The notes under the pieces are model-generated. The model was not told where the DNA came from. It was given only the letters and a program-made list of their open reading frames with translations, and made no database searches. 64,000 nucleotides of DNA from a virus (lineage: Duplodnaviria > Caudoviricetes): the IMG/VR virus record IMGVR_UViG_3300029998_000597; one strand, given 5' to 3'. The translations under genes and the position numbers were made by a program. How positions within the stretch are numbered: position 1 is the stretch's first letter; every line of letters begins with the position of its first letter. Below, in pieces: positions 63,456-64,000 of the stretch.

Positions 63456-64000
63456 ATGGCAAAGAGAGACGATTTAGGTTATTTAGGCACAGAATTTCAG
63501 TATAGATTGGCTCATCATTTTATGGATGATAAGAAATTTTTTAGAGATGTTTCTGATATGGTTGATACAAATATGTTCACAGATGTAAATGTTAGACGGT
63601 TCATGGGAACGCTTAAAAATTTTTTCGATATAAATGATTATGTTCCATCTTATGAACAGGCAGAAATAGAATTACGTTCAACAACAAATAGTGATCAGGA
63701 TATTGAATTTGTGGTTGAAATTGTTAAAAAGATTAAAAACACAACCTGTGAAGGTGCTGATTCAATTAAAACAAAGGCCCATAAATTTTTCAAACAACAA
63801 AATATGGCCAAAGTTTATAATCAAATGGGTAAATTTATTAGCGATGGTGATATTGATAAATATGATGAATTAGAAGAATTAATTAGAAATGCATTAGCGA
63901 CTGGCAACAGAGAAGAAATAGGTATTCACCTTAGAGACAACTTAGGTGAAGTACTTTCAGAAGATTATAGAAAAGTCGTACCAACTGGAGTTAAAGGCGT
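63456..64000 (+). CDS. Replicative DnaB/gp41-like helicase, 5' part (truncated by window end; not in ORF track)
   Basis: Open from ATG 63456: MAKRDDLGYLGTEFQYRL...FFKQQ...EDYRKVVPTGVKG; the PTG motif precedes Walker A in DnaB-family helicases. Confidence 0.72.
   Translation, partial: MAKRDDLGYLGTEFQYRLAHHFMDDKKFFRDVSDMVDTNMFTDVNVRRFMGTLKNFFDINDYVPSYEQAEIELRSTTNSDQDIEFVVEIVKKIKNTTCEGADSIKTKAHKFFKQQNMAKVYNQMGKFISDGDIDKYDELEELIRNALATGNREEIGIHLRDNLGEVLSEDYRKVVPTGVKG

Noticed and set aside
1632-63873. Short opposite-strand or nested ORFs (1632, 4750, 5233, 6827, 11351, 12461, 17102, 17357, 17586, 24315, 29757, 33107, 36261, 37903, 38621, 43341, 45198, 46007, 50260, 52597, 55012, 58968, 59344, 63691)
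   Set aside because: All overlap well-supported genes, are biased to F/L/I/S as expected for antisense frames of AT-rich DNA, and lack motifs
1-64000. Stop-codon reassignment or suppressor tRNA, as in some Bacteroidota jumbo phages
   Set aside because: Long conserved genes are intact in the standard code, TAG and TGA end some ORFs, and no CTA/TCA-anticodon tRNA is in the array
1-64000. CRISPR array or cas genes
   Set aside because: No regularly spaced direct repeats seen; the TnpB has no adjacent array

Overview
A 64-kb segment of an AT-rich, T4-like large (probably jumbo) myophage. The host is inferred to be a Bacteroidota bacterium: eight promoters match the Bacteroidota housekeeping-sigma geometry TTG-N20-TAnnTTTG, and starts are A-rich without Shine-Dalgarno motifs. 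The window holds replication genes (family B DNA polymerase, SNF2 helicase, gp32-like SSB, dUTPase, RecA/UvsX, the 5' part of a DnaB-like helicase) and head and packaging genes (portal, large terminase, neck). It also holds a contractile tail module (sheath, tube, tape measure, baseplate hub with M15 peptidase and lysozyme domains) and several modular receptor-binding proteins. A roughly 6.5-kb array has 24 tRNA genes covering 19 amino acids, all except Trp. The most unusual features are: (1) four free-standing homing-endonuclease genes inside the tRNA array, three sharing one N-terminal DNA-binding module fused to three different nuclease domains and two sitting directly behind tRNA halves cut at the anticodon loop; (2) a tRNA with a Gln anticodon on a Leu-type body; (3) an extein-less, splicing-dead intein/LAGLIDADG gene; (4) a solo TnpB under phage-type promoters; (5) a spare C-terminal cassette behind a receptor-binding gene; (6) a sense-strand TATTTATA upstream motif, the reverse complement of the T4 late promoter; (7) a palindrome-rich non-coding region that is an origin candidate. 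All calls come from reading motifs by eye; no searches were run.
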